Source: Wenzhouxiangella sp.
GTDB lineage: Bacteria > Pseudomonadota > Gammaproteobacteria > Xanthomonadales > Wenzhouxiangellaceae
Reading direction: 5' to 3'
DNA: 39,284 nt
Assembly: GCA_047921095.1 (NCBI GenBank)
Contig: JBLRWT010000001.1
Coordinates: forward strand, 1-39,284
Below are positions 1 through 8,166 of this stretch, in pieces (the first letter of the stretch is position 1; each line of letters starts with the position of its first letter). The notes under the pieces were generated by a model. The model was not told where the DNA came from and did not search any database. It was given only the letters and a program-made list of their open reading frames with translations. The translations under genes were made by a program, and so were the position numbers.

Positions 1-2184
1 GGCCTCGTCCATTTGACCAAGACCGGCAAGGAACTCGTCAACTGACTGATTATTTGTGCCTGCGGGAACCAGGGATTCCACGCTGACCTGCGCCAGTTCG
101 ATCTCGAGGCCCATTTCGCGCGCCAGGATGACCAGCTTGCGCGCCACATCCGTGCCTGACAGATCATCGCGCGGGTCGGGCTCGGTGTAGCCGGCCTGAC
201 GCGCTTCCCGCACCAGTTCGGCAAATGACATGTCCTGCGCATAGCGGTTGAACAGGTAGGCCAGGGTGCCCGAAAGAATGCCGTCGATGCGCAACACCCG
301 ATCACCGGTGTCGATCAGGTCGCGCAGGGTCTGGATGATCGGCAGGCCGGCGCCGACCGTGGCTTCATAGCGCCAGCGGGCGCTGGTGTCCTCCAGTTTC
401 TGGCGAATGCCCCGGTAGCGGCTGATCGGGCCGCTGCCGGCATGCTTGTTGGGAGTGATCACGTGGATGCCCCTGGCCAGCCAGTCCGGATAATTGGCTG
501 CGATGGCGTCGCTGGCGGTGCAATCAATCAGTACGGCATGGGGCAGGTGATCGTCGTCGACAAAGGCGGCGAAGCGATCCAGATCGAGGGTTTCGTCGTT
601 GTCGGCCAACCCATGGGACGAATTGAAATCGGTCAGGTGTAAATCCGACAGGCGCATGCGGCGCGAACTTGCCACCCCGCGCAGGCGCAGGTCGAGTCGA
701 GCCTCGCGCATGAGCCTGGCGCGTGCGTCTTCGATCTGGCGAACCAATGCCTGGCCTACATGGCCCGGCCCGATCAGGCCGATCGATAAAGTCTGCTCGG
801 ACAGGTAGAAGCCGGCATGAATCGCCTTGATAGCGCGATCGGCATCGGCCTCGTCGATTGCCACCGAGAGATTGCGTTCCGAGGCTCCTTGGGCGATCGC
901 GCGGACATTGACACCGGCCCGAGTCAGGGCGTTGAACAGGCTGGCGGCAATGCCTGGTGTGCCGGCCATGCCATCGCCAACGATGGCCAGCACGCGAATG
1001 TCGGGCAGGCAGGCAATGCGCTGGATCTGACCATGGCGCAATTCGCGCTCGAAGGCGTCTTCGAGAACCTCACAGGCCTGGCGGCTGGAAGCCCCGGGGA
1101 CGACCAGGCAGATCGAATGCTCCGAGGAGCCTTGTGAAATCATCGAGACCGAAACATCGGCCTGGCGCAGGGCGGAAAAAACGCGCTCGGCGGTGCCGGG
1201 CACGCCAATCATGCCGGCCCCTTCGATATTGATCAGCGCCATATCGCCCATGCCCGAGATGCCCTTGACCGGCGGCTTCGGATTGCCCACGGCATCGACC
1301 CGGGTGCCCGGGCAGTCGGGCTTGAAGGTATTGCGGATAAAGACCGGGATGCCGGCTTCAAGTGCCGGCGTCAGGGTCTGGGGATGAATGACCCGGGCGC
1401 CGAAGTAGGCGAGTTCGAAGGCTTCGCGATAGGACAGGTGATCAAGCAGGATGGCCTGGGGCACCGCTGCCGGGTCGGCCGACAGCAGGCCATCGACATT
1501 GGTCCAGATATGGATCTCGTCGGACTCGAACAGTCGGGCGAAAATGCTCGCCGAATAATCCGAGCCATTGCGTCCCAGGGTGGAAATGCGGCCGTCGGCC
1601 TGGCGGCAGACAAAGCCAGTCACGACATAGCGCCGAGCCGGGTGTTGCTGACGAAACTGCGCCAGCAGCTCGGCACTGCTTGGCCAGTCCACGGCGACCA
1701 TCAGCGCGGTCGGTCGGGTTCTGAGGATATCGCGCGCATCCAGGAAAACCGCTTCACCGCCCCTGGCGCGAAGGGTGGCGCTGAGCAGGGCCGCCGAATA
1801 CACCTCGCCAAGGCCGGAAACCAGTTCGACCACCTCGGTCGGGGCGGTACCCATCAGGGCCAGGCTGGAGACCAGCTGATTCAGATTGACGAACCTGGCC
1901 TTCAGTGCGTCTACCAGAGGTTCATGCTGATCAGTGCCTTTGGTGAGCGATTCGGCGGCTTTCAGATGACGTTGTTCCATGCTCGTCAGGCGAGCCCGCC
2001 AGTCGTGGCTGTCCGAGGCCGCGTCTCGAGTCAGGGCAATCAACTCATTGGTCACACCGGCCATGGCCGAAACCACGACGACCTGACTGTCATCTTCTCG
2101 GGCCAGCAGCAGTTTCGCGACCTGGGCGATGCATTCGGCGTCGGCCAGGCTGCTGCCGCCGAACTTGTGGGTTTTTGATTGCAT
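1..2184 (-). CDS. thrA: Bifunctional aspartokinase/homoserine dehydrogenase (3' end runs off the window)
   Basis: Not in the ORF track because it has no stop in the window. Manual translation from ATG at 2184 gives MQSKTHKFGGSSLADAECI...VVVVSAMAGVTN (aspartokinase start), later IGLIGPGHVG (HSDH Rossmann) and YEATVGAGLPIIQTLRDLIDTGD...GILSGTLAYLF. Confidence 0.95.
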   Translation of the reverse strand, partial: MQSKTHKFGGSSLADAECIAQVAKLLLAREDDSQVVVVSAMAGVTNELIALTRDAASDSHDWRARLTSMEQRHLKAAESLTKGTDQHEPLVDALKARFVNLNQLVSSLALMGTAPTEVVELVSGLGEVYSAALLSATLRARGGEAVFLDARDILRTRPTALMVAVDWPSSAELLAQFRQQHPARRYVVTGFVCRQADGRISTLGRNGSDYSASIFARLFESDEIHIWTNVDGLLSADPAAVPQAILLDHLSYREAFELAYFGARVIHPQTLTPALEAGIPVFIRNTFKPDCPGTRVDAVGNPKPPVKGISGMGDMALINIEGAGMIGVPGTAERVFSALRQADVSVSMISQGSSEHSICLVVPGASSRQACEVLEDAFERELRHGQIQRIACLPDIRVLAIVGDGMAGTPGIAASLFNALTRAGVNVRAIAQGASERNLSVAIDEADADRAIKAIHAGFYLSEQTLSIGLIGPGHVGQALVRQIEDARARLMREARLDLRLRGVASSRRMRLSDLHLTDFNSSHGLADNDETLDLDRFAAFVDDDHLPHAVLIDCTASDAIAANYPDWLARGIHVITPNKHAGSGPISRYRGIRQKLEDTSARWRYEATVGAGLPIIQTLRDLIDTGDRVLRIDGILSGTLAYLFNRYAQDMSFAELVREARQAGYTEPDPRDDLSGTDVARKLVILAREMGLEIELAQVSVESLVPAGTNNQSVDEFLAGLGQMDEA

Positions 2185-2202
2185 TGGATGCAGGTTCTAT
2201 CA

Positions 2203-2353
2203 GATTGACCCAAAGTGTAGCCTGTGCCGAGGGCGGGATTCGCATGGACCCGGAGGTTCATCGCTCGAAAGGGTGTGAAAGTCGGCTCGCCTGCTCCAAA
2301 CGCGAGTAAACTCTCGCGCTGTATCCCCTTTCGGGCAAACAGCAAGGTCATTC
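2203..2353. ncRNA. Candidate structured RNA or cis-regulatory leader, class unknown
   Basis: Several helices in a short non-coding space: TGACC/GGTCA (2206-10/2346-50), GCCGA/TCGGC (2226-30/2282-86), TTCA-CGCTC-GAAA-GGGTG-TGAA (2257-79), CGCGAG/CTCGCG (2301-18), GCTGT..CCC-TTTC-GGG..ACAGC (2318-43). Confidence 0.4.
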
Positions 2354-2410
2354 GGCCTGGGCTGCGCCTGGTTATTTCTCTTTGATAATTATCCCAAGGA
2401 AACCTGTTTC

Positions 2411-3535
2411 ATGCTGCATGTCGATATACCGACCCAGCCGGAGCTGAAAGCTCTGGTCGCCCAACGCAACCCCGCCTGTGTTTCGATTTACCTCGAAACC
2501 ACGCCGCAGACACAACACATTGGGGAGGCAGGCATTGTCCTGTCGAACCTGATCAAGGAGGCGGATGACCAGCTTGAAAAGGCTGGCATCGACAAGCGTA
2601 CCCGCTGGGCGATTACTGAACAGCTCGAAGAAGTGTCGGAAGACGAGGACTTCTGGACTTACCAGGCCAACAGCCTGGCAATCTTCGTGACGCCGGATTC
2701 ACACCGCAGCTACCGCTTGCCGACCACGCTGCAGTCAATGGTGCAGGTTTCGGACCGTTTTCATCTCAAGCAGCTGATACGTGCGGTCACCGTGCCGCAG
2801 CATGCGTTCGTGCTGGCCCTGGCTGAAAACGAAGTGCGGGTGATCGAGGTGTTCAGCGACATGCCGGCGGTTGAGATCAAGGTTCCCGATATGCCGACCG
2901 ATGCAGCGCACGCGGTCGGCACATCGACCGTCAATACCCGTTCTCATTCTTCCGGCAGGCTGCATGGTAGTGAAGGGCAGAAGGTCAATTTGCGCAAGTT
3001 TTGCCGCAAGGTCGATGCTGCGTTGCGTCCGCTGCTGGCGGGCCGGCACGAGCCGCTGATCCTGGCCGCCACCGAGCCGCTGCAATCCATCTATCGCTCG
3101 GTCAATTCCTATCCTGAATTCACAAGCCAGGTCATTGCCACATCTCCGGTGCGTGAGCCGGCCCACGAGCTGGCCGCCGCCGCCCGTCCTATCATGCATG
3201 AGCGCCATCAGAATTCGATCGAGTCGTTTACCGAACTTTACCTCGCGCGCGAAAAGGAAGGCCGGGCAACCTCCGATATTGCCCACGCAGCCCGGGCAGC
3301 AACCTTTGGTGCTGTCGACAGCCTGCTGATCGATATCGACGAGGTGGTCCCTGGCGCCATCGATGAGGAGACCGGTGCAGTCAGCTTCGCAGATTCCGAT
3401 AGCGCTGACAGCTATGGCGTGGTCGCCGAGATTGCCGGCCGGACGCTGGCCATGGGCGGCCAGGTCATCGGGGTTCGCAAGGATGATATTCCCGGTGGCA
3501 AGCCGCTGGCGGCGATATTGCGTTACGCCGTCTGA
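2411..3535 (+). CDS. Bacterial archaeo-eukaryotic release factor family protein (baeRF11-like; aeRF1/Pelota fold)
   Basis: 374 aa. N-terminal VSIYL, VSDRFHLKQL, and C-terminal aeRF1 domain-3-type GAVDSLL...AAILRY. AAGGA RBS at 2396-2400. Confidence 0.85.
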   Translation: MLHVDIPTQPELKALVAQRNPACVSIYLETTPQTQHIGEAGIVLSNLIKEADDQLEKAGIDKRTRWAITEQLEEVSEDEDFWTYQANSLAIFVTPDSHRSYRLPTTLQSMVQVSDRFHLKQLIRAVTVPQHAFVLALAENEVRVIEVFSDMPAVEIKVPDMPTDAAHAVGTSTVNTRSHSSGRLHGSEGQKVNLRKFCRKVDAALRPLLAGRHEPLILAATEPLQSIYRSVNSYPEFTSQVIATSPVREPAHELAAAARPIMHERHQNSIESFTELYLAREKEGRATSDIAHAARAATFGAVDSLLIDIDEVVPGAIDEETGAVSFADSDSADSYGVVAEIAGRTLAMGGQVIGVRKDDIPGGKPLAAILRYAV

Positions 3536-3556
3536 TCACAGTTGCCATTCGGCAGG

Positions 3557-3578
3557 CGCGGGCTGTCCTCAGCCCGCG
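3557..3578. terminator. Hairpin between convergent genes, probable terminator
   Basis: CGCGGGCTG-TCCT-CAGCCCGCG, a 9-bp stem. U-tract is weak. Confidence 0.5.
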
Positions 3579-3595
3579 AGGTTTACAGCAAGGTT

Positions 3596-4651
3596 TCAAT
3601 TTCCCAGCCAGAACAACGACCAACCCAGCATGACGGCCGCGGCAATGACGGCGATCAGCGCCGGTTTCCAGCCCAGTGCCCTGAAGTCCCTGAAGCGGAT
3701 GTTCATGGCCAGGGCGGCCATGGCCATGGTGAAGCCGAACAGGCTCAGGTGACCCGCCCACTCGATAATGGTTTGCCAGGTGAGGTGGTCAGGGCCCAGC
3801 CAATGGTCGACCAGCGTGCGCACGCCGGACAGGGCCAAAAAGCCGACGATAAACAGTGGTAGCGGCGGCATGCTGCGCCCGGGGCCCTCTGTTCGCGTGA
3901 ATGACCAGACAATGATCGGTATCACGATCAGCATGCCCAGGTTGCGAAGCAGCTTGGAAACGGTCGCGGCTGTGACGGTGGATTCGGCATGCCAGGTTTG
4001 TTCATGAAAAACAGCGGCTGCCGTGACCTGGGCCGTGTCATGAACGGCTGCACCCAGAGCCAGACCGACCAGAGTGCTGTCTTCCAGAACCGTCTGCAGC
4101 AATGCCGGATAGAAAAGCGTGGCGGCCAGCCCGATCAGGGCGACACAGGCGATGGCATAACAGATTTCCTCGCTTCTGGCACGCAGGCCCGGCGCGGCGG
4201 CGGCAATGGCAGACGCGCCGCAGATCGCGGTTCCAACCGCCAGTAACGCGGCCAGTCGACCCGGTGTGCCGGTCAGGCGTGCCAGGATCAGTACCGTAGC
4301 CAGGCCAAGTCCGATGGCGCCGAGAACCAGCGGCAGGGCTTGCCAGCCAAGCAATCCCGCCTCGACCAGGCTCAGCCGCAGGCCGATCAGTGCAACCGCA
4401 ACCCTCAGGATTGGCTTGCGGGCCAATTCGAGTCCGGGTTGCCAGTGAGGCCTGGTCGTGGCGATGGGCGCCAGGGCCAGGCCGGCGAGGATGGCGATGA
4501 GCATGATGCTGATCGGCAGATTACCCCAGGGCTCGGGTAGCTGGCCGATCAACCAGACGGACAGCCAGGCTGCAATGACGATCACGGCTGCAACAATCAG
4601 CCCGGTTGAGGGGCCGGAATCGGATAAACTTTCGCAGTCTGCAGAGGTCAT
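3596..4651 (-). CDS. YeiH family (putative sulfate exporter, UPF0324) membrane protein
   Basis: About 10 hydrophobic segments with family motifs GTAICGASAIAA, HDTAQV and KLLRN. Confidence 0.9.
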   Translation of the reverse strand: MTSADCESLSDSGPSTGLIVAAVIVIAAWLSVWLIGQLPEPWGNLPISIMLIAILAGLALAPIATTRPHWQPGLELARKPILRVAVALIGLRLSLVEAGLLGWQALPLVLGAIGLGLATVLILARLTGTPGRLAALLAVGTAICGASAIAAAAPGLRARSEEICYAIACVALIGLAATLFYPALLQTVLEDSTLVGLALGAAVHDTAQVTAAAVFHEQTWHAESTVTAATVSKLLRNLGMLIVIPIIVWSFTRTEGPGRSMPPLPLFIVGFLALSGVRTLVDHWLGPDHLTWQTIIEWAGHLSLFGFTMAMAALAMNIRFRDFRALGWKPALIAVIAAAVMLGWSLFWLGN

Positions 4652-4795
4652 TGCTAAATGTTGCTTTTTTTGGCTGCACTGTAGATGTGCGCCATGATAC
4701 TGGACTGTAAGGATTCAACCCAACTAATGGCACAGGCCCATTCACGCCGGCTGCGGCATGATGGCGACTGCAACCAACCAGACAAGAACTGATCT

Positions 4796-6907
4796 ATGAA
4801 CCGGATACTGATTTCGTGGGCCGTTGCCGGCCTGCTGGCTAGTGGAGCTGTGATGAGTGAAGAGGACCCGTTCCTGTGGCTTGAACAGGTAGAGGCTGAA
4901 GAGTCGCTGGATTGGGCCCGGGAGCATAACGAGCGCTCCGAGGACTTCCTGCGCGCCCATGCCGTGTTTGAACCCATTCATGAGCGCAACCTGGAAATTC
5001 TGACCTCGGAGGACCGGATCGCCTACCCATCGCTGATGGGCGGCCGGATCTACAATTTCTGGCGCGATGCCAATCACGTTCGCGGCATCTGGCGCACCAC
5101 CACTCGCGAAGGCTACAGCAGCCAACAGCCGGATTGGGATGTCATCATCGATGTCGACAAGCTGGCCGAGGCTGAAGATGAGAATTGGGTCTGGGCTGGA
5201 TCAAGTTGCCGCTATCCGGACTACGACCGTTGCCTGGTCGGGTTGTCCAGAGGCGGCGCCGACGCTGCCGTGCGGCGCGAATTCGATCTTGAAAAGCGCG
5301 AGTTCGTGGACGACGGCTTTGTGCTGGCCGAATCCAAGAGCTTCATTTCCTGGCGTGACCGCGACAGCGTCTTCCTCGCCCCGGCGTTCGAGCCGGAACA
5401 GATGACCACGTCCGAATATCCCCGTCAGATCCATATCTGGCAGCGTGGCACCCCGCAAAGCGAGGCTGAACTGGTCTTTGAAGGCAAGACCAGCGATGTG
5501 CTGGTCACTGCCATGCGGCTGTGGGACAAGGACACGCCCTACGACATCTTTGTCCGTCTGCCGACCTTCTTTACCCGCGAATATCACCTATACCGGGATG
5601 GTGAGGCTCACCGCATTGATGTGCCTGGTGACGCCAGTCTGGCCGGTGTGCTGGACGGGCAGTTGCTGGTGGAATTGAAATCCGACTGGCAACTGGGTGA
5701 TGCCACCTATCGCCAGGGTGCCTTGCTGGCCTCCGACATCGAAGCGGTCCTGGCCGGTAACCCCGAGTTTGAAGTCCTGTTTCAGCCGGGCTCCCGCCAG
5801 GCGGTCAACGGTGTATCGACCACTGAAAACACCATCCTGGTCAACGTCCTGGACAACGTGATCGGGCAGATGCTGCGCATCACCCGCAGCGATGACGGCT
5901 GGCAGCGTGAGACCCTGAGCGTGCCGGAGATGGGTACCCTGAACGTGATTTCGACCGACGACAAGTCCGACAGCTTCTACTACAACTTCACCGGATTCCT
6001 CACGCCGTCGCGGCTGTATGAAGCCGATGCTTCCGCCGACAGCCATGCCGCGATTCGCTCCGAGCCGTCCTGGTTTGATGCCGAGGGCATGGCGGTGGAG
6101 CAGTACGAGGCCACATCAGCCGACGGGGAGAAGATTCCCTATTTCGTGGTCAAGCCGCGCGGCTTTGAAGCCAACGGCGCCAATCCGACCCTGCTGGCAG
6201 CCTACGGCGGGTTCGAGATTGCCCGCACACCGTTCTATTCCGGCCTGGTCGGTACCGCCTGGCTCGAGCGTGGCGGTGTCTACGTTCTGGCCAATATCCG
6301 TGGCGGCGGCGAGTTCGGCCCACGCTGGCACCAGGCGGCGCTGAAGGAAAATCGGCAACGCGCCTTCGACGATCTGATCGCGGTATCCGAAGACTTGATC
6401 GAACGCAACATCACCTCACCCGAGAATCTGGGAATTCAGGGCGGCTCAAACGGTGGTTTGCTGGTCGGTGCGGTCATGGTTCAGCGCCCGGATCTGTACA
6501 ACGCGGTGGTTTGCCAGGTGCCGCTGCTGGACATGAAGCGCTACCACAAGCTGTTGGCGGGCGCGAGCTGGATGGCCGAATATGGCGATCCGGACGATCC
6601 GGAGCAATGGGCCTACATCAGTGAATATTCGCCCTACCAGAACCTGTCGGCAGATGCGGATTATCCGAAGATGTTTGTCACTACCTCGACCCGCGACGAC
6701 CGTGTGCATCCCGGCCACGCCCGCAAGATGGTGGCCAGGATGATGGAGCAGGGCCATGACGTGCTGTATTACGAGAACATCGAAGGTGGCCACGGTGGTG
6801 CCGCCAATCTCAAGCAAAGCGCCTACATCAGTGCCTTGACCTACACTTATCTGCATGATCGACTGGCGGCTCAAGATCAGGCGGCCTCCGATGGTCTTTT
6901 GAACTAG
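4796..6907 (+). CDS. Secreted prolyl oligopeptidase (S9A)
   Basis: Signal peptide, EDPFLWLE start, NIRGGGEFG, catalytic GGSNGG (Ser), DDRVHP (Asp), GGHG (His). Confidence 0.95.
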   Translation: MNRILISWAVAGLLASGAVMSEEDPFLWLEQVEAEESLDWAREHNERSEDFLRAHAVFEPIHERNLEILTSEDRIAYPSLMGGRIYNFWRDANHVRGIWRTTTREGYSSQQPDWDVIIDVDKLAEAEDENWVWAGSSCRYPDYDRCLVGLSRGGADAAVRREFDLEKREFVDDGFVLAESKSFISWRDRDSVFLAPAFEPEQMTTSEYPRQIHIWQRGTPQSEAELVFEGKTSDVLVTAMRLWDKDTPYDIFVRLPTFFTREYHLYRDGEAHRIDVPGDASLAGVLDGQLLVELKSDWQLGDATYRQGALLASDIEAVLAGNPEFEVLFQPGSRQAVNGVSTTENTILVNVLDNVIGQMLRITRSDDGWQRETLSVPEMGTLNVISTDDKSDSFYYNFTGFLTPSRLYEADASADSHAAIRSEPSWFDAEGMAVEQYEATSADGEKIPYFVVKPRGFEANGANPTLLAAYGGFEIARTPFYSGLVGTAWLERGGVYVLANIRGGGEFGPRWHQAALKENRQRAFDDLIAVSEDLIERNITSPENLGIQGGSNGGLLVGAVMVQRPDLYNAVVCQVPLLDMKRYHKLLAGASWMAEYGDPDDPEQWAYISEYSPYQNLSADADYPKMFVTTSTRDDRVHPGHARKMVARMMEQGHDVLYYENIEGGHGGAANLKQSAYISALTYTYLHDRLAAQDQAASDGLLN

Positions 6908-6927
6908 GACGGAGGAACAGGGTCGAA
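6901..6927 (+). promoter_or_regulatory. Putative sigma-E promoter of rpoH
   Basis: GAACTA-N16-TCGAA, matching the GAACTT-N16-TCTGA architecture of E. coli rpoH P3. Confidence 0.65.
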
Positions 6928-6990
6928 TCGCTCAAGGTTGTAAATCGGACCAGACTTATCCTGTTTTGCCTGACTGGGAGAGGTTTTGGC

Positions 6991-6999
6991 TGATATAAT
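6991..6999 (+). promoter_or_regulatory. Extended -10 sigma-70 promoter of rpoH
   Basis: TGaTATAAT 28 nt before the ATG. AAGGAG RBS at 7015-7020. Confidence 0.6.
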
Positions 7000-7026
7000 G
7001 GACGGTTAGATTCAAAGGAGAATTGC

Positions 7027-7884
7027 ATGGGCAATCATCTCGTTCCAAGCCACTTGATGGCGCCGGCGGGCACCGGATCGCTTGACTCCTATATTCAGGA
7101 GGTCAACAAGATCGCGGTGCTGAGCGTCGAAGAAGAACAGGCTCTGGCCCGTCGTTATCGCGACGAGGAAGATATTGATGCCGCACGCCTGATGGTCATG
7201 TCGCACCTGCGCTTTGTGGTGCATGTTGCGCGCGGCTATGCGGGCTATGGTTTGCCGCTGGGTGATCTGGTCCAGGAAGGCAATATCGGCCTGATGAAGG
7301 CGGTCAAGCGCTTTGACCCGGATCAGGGTGTGCGGCTGGTGTCATTTGCCGTGCACTGGATTCGTGCCGAGATCCACGAGTTCATTTTGCGCAACTGGCG
7401 CATCGTCAAGGTGGCCACCACCAAGGCCCAGCGCAAGCTGTTTTTCAATCTGCGTCGTCAGAAGAAACGCCTTGGCTGGTTGAACCAGGCAGAAGTCAAT
7501 CGTGTAGCTGAAGAGCTCGGCGTCAAACCCGAAGTGGTCACCGAGATGGAGTCGCGCCTGGCCGGCCAGGATATCGGCTTCGACCTGACCAACGACGATG
7601 ACGACTCCAACTACGTTGCTCCGGCCGCGTACCTGGAAGGTCTGACCGTCTCGCCGGACGAGGTCGCCGAAGCGGCCGACTGGGAACAGCATCATCACAA
7701 TCTGCTCTTCGATGGCGTCGAAAGCCTTGATGACCGGTCACGCGACATCATCCAGGCCCGCTGGCTGATGGACCCGAAAACGACCCTGCAGGAGCTGGCC
7801 GACAAGTACGGCGTCTCCGCCGAGCGCATCCGTCAGCTCGAAGCCGTCGCCCTGAAGAAGCTCAAGGCCCGCTTCGAGGCCTGA
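7027..7884 (+). CDS. rpoH: RNA polymerase sigma-32 factor
   Basis: [19 protein letters not shown], RpoH box ([17 protein letters not shown]), region 4 [20 protein letters not shown]. Confidence 0.98.
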   Translation: MGNHLVPSHLMAPAGTGSLDSYIQEVNKIAVLSVEEEQALARRYRDEEDIDAARLMVMSHLRFVVHVARGYAGYGLPLGDLVQEGNIGLMKAVKRFDPDQGVRLVSFAVHWIRAEIHEFILRNWRIVKVATTKAQRKLFFNLRRQKKRLGWLNQAEVNRVAEELGVKPEVVTEMESRLAGQDIGFDLTNDDDDSNYVAPAAYLEGLTVSPDEVAEAADWEQHHHNLLFDGVESLDDRSRDIIQARWLMDPKTTLQELADKYGVSAERIRQLEAVALKKLKARFEA

Positions 7885-7906
7885 GGCTGGCTGTCGTTGA
7901 CTGATT

Positions 7907-7935
7907 AAAAAGCCCCGGAATCCGGGGCTTTTTTT
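7907..7935. terminator. Bidirectional rho-independent terminator
   Basis: AAAAAGCCCCGGA-A-TCCGGGGCTTTTTTT between convergent rpoH and murB. Confidence 0.9.
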
Positions 7936-8000
7936 CATTAGGCCTCCCCTAAGTCGACCCTGAACCCCAATATACGGAATCCGGAAGCCCCCGCCATCTT

Positions 8001-8100
8001 TGTCATCCCGGACTCGATCCGGGATCGCACCAGTCCAGTCTGTCTTCTTGCCGGCGAACTTCAGATCCCGGCTCTCCGCTTCGCTTCGGCCGGGATGACA
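8001..8100. repeat. REP-like palindromic element with two hairpins
   Basis: Perfect 11-bp terminal inverted repeat TGTCATCCCGG...CCGGGATGACA. Internal hairpins ATCCCGG-actcgat-CCGGGAT and ATCCCGGC...GCCGGGAT. Confidence 0.8.
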
Positions 8101-8115
8101 GCAGGATCATTGGAA

Positions 8116-8160
8116 GCCTTGAGCCTTGAGCCTTGAACCTTGAACCTTGAACCTTGAGCC
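8116..8160. repeat. Heptamer tandem repeat (GCCTTGA)3(ACCTTGA)3
   Basis: Read directly, immediately downstream of the murB stop codon. Confidence 0.95.
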
Positions 8161-8166
8161 GGAAAC

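Noticed and set aside
1384-2178. 264-aa plus-strand ORF and other plus-strand ORFs in 442-2178
   Set aside because: Antisense shadows of thrA, which is missing from the ORF track only because it lacks a stop in the window.
2382-2395. TTGAT-AATT-ATCCC FNR/Fur-like palindrome before baeRF11
   Set aside because: It abuts the RBS and has no -10 at the 22-nt spacing on either strand. It is more simply the GATAAT -10 region, though a repressor site is not excluded.
2185-2410. Lysine or SAM-I riboswitch, or thrL leader peptide
   Set aside because: Only scattered words (GAAAGGGGA, GAATCCC, GCTAC, CGATGAA) resemble these classes and the conserved cores are not in the right order or spacing. No Thr/Ile-rich peptide is encoded. 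Left unclassified.
8116-8160. CRISPR-like array
   Set aside because: 7-bp units with no spacers and no cas genes. The same applies to the repeats near 35000.
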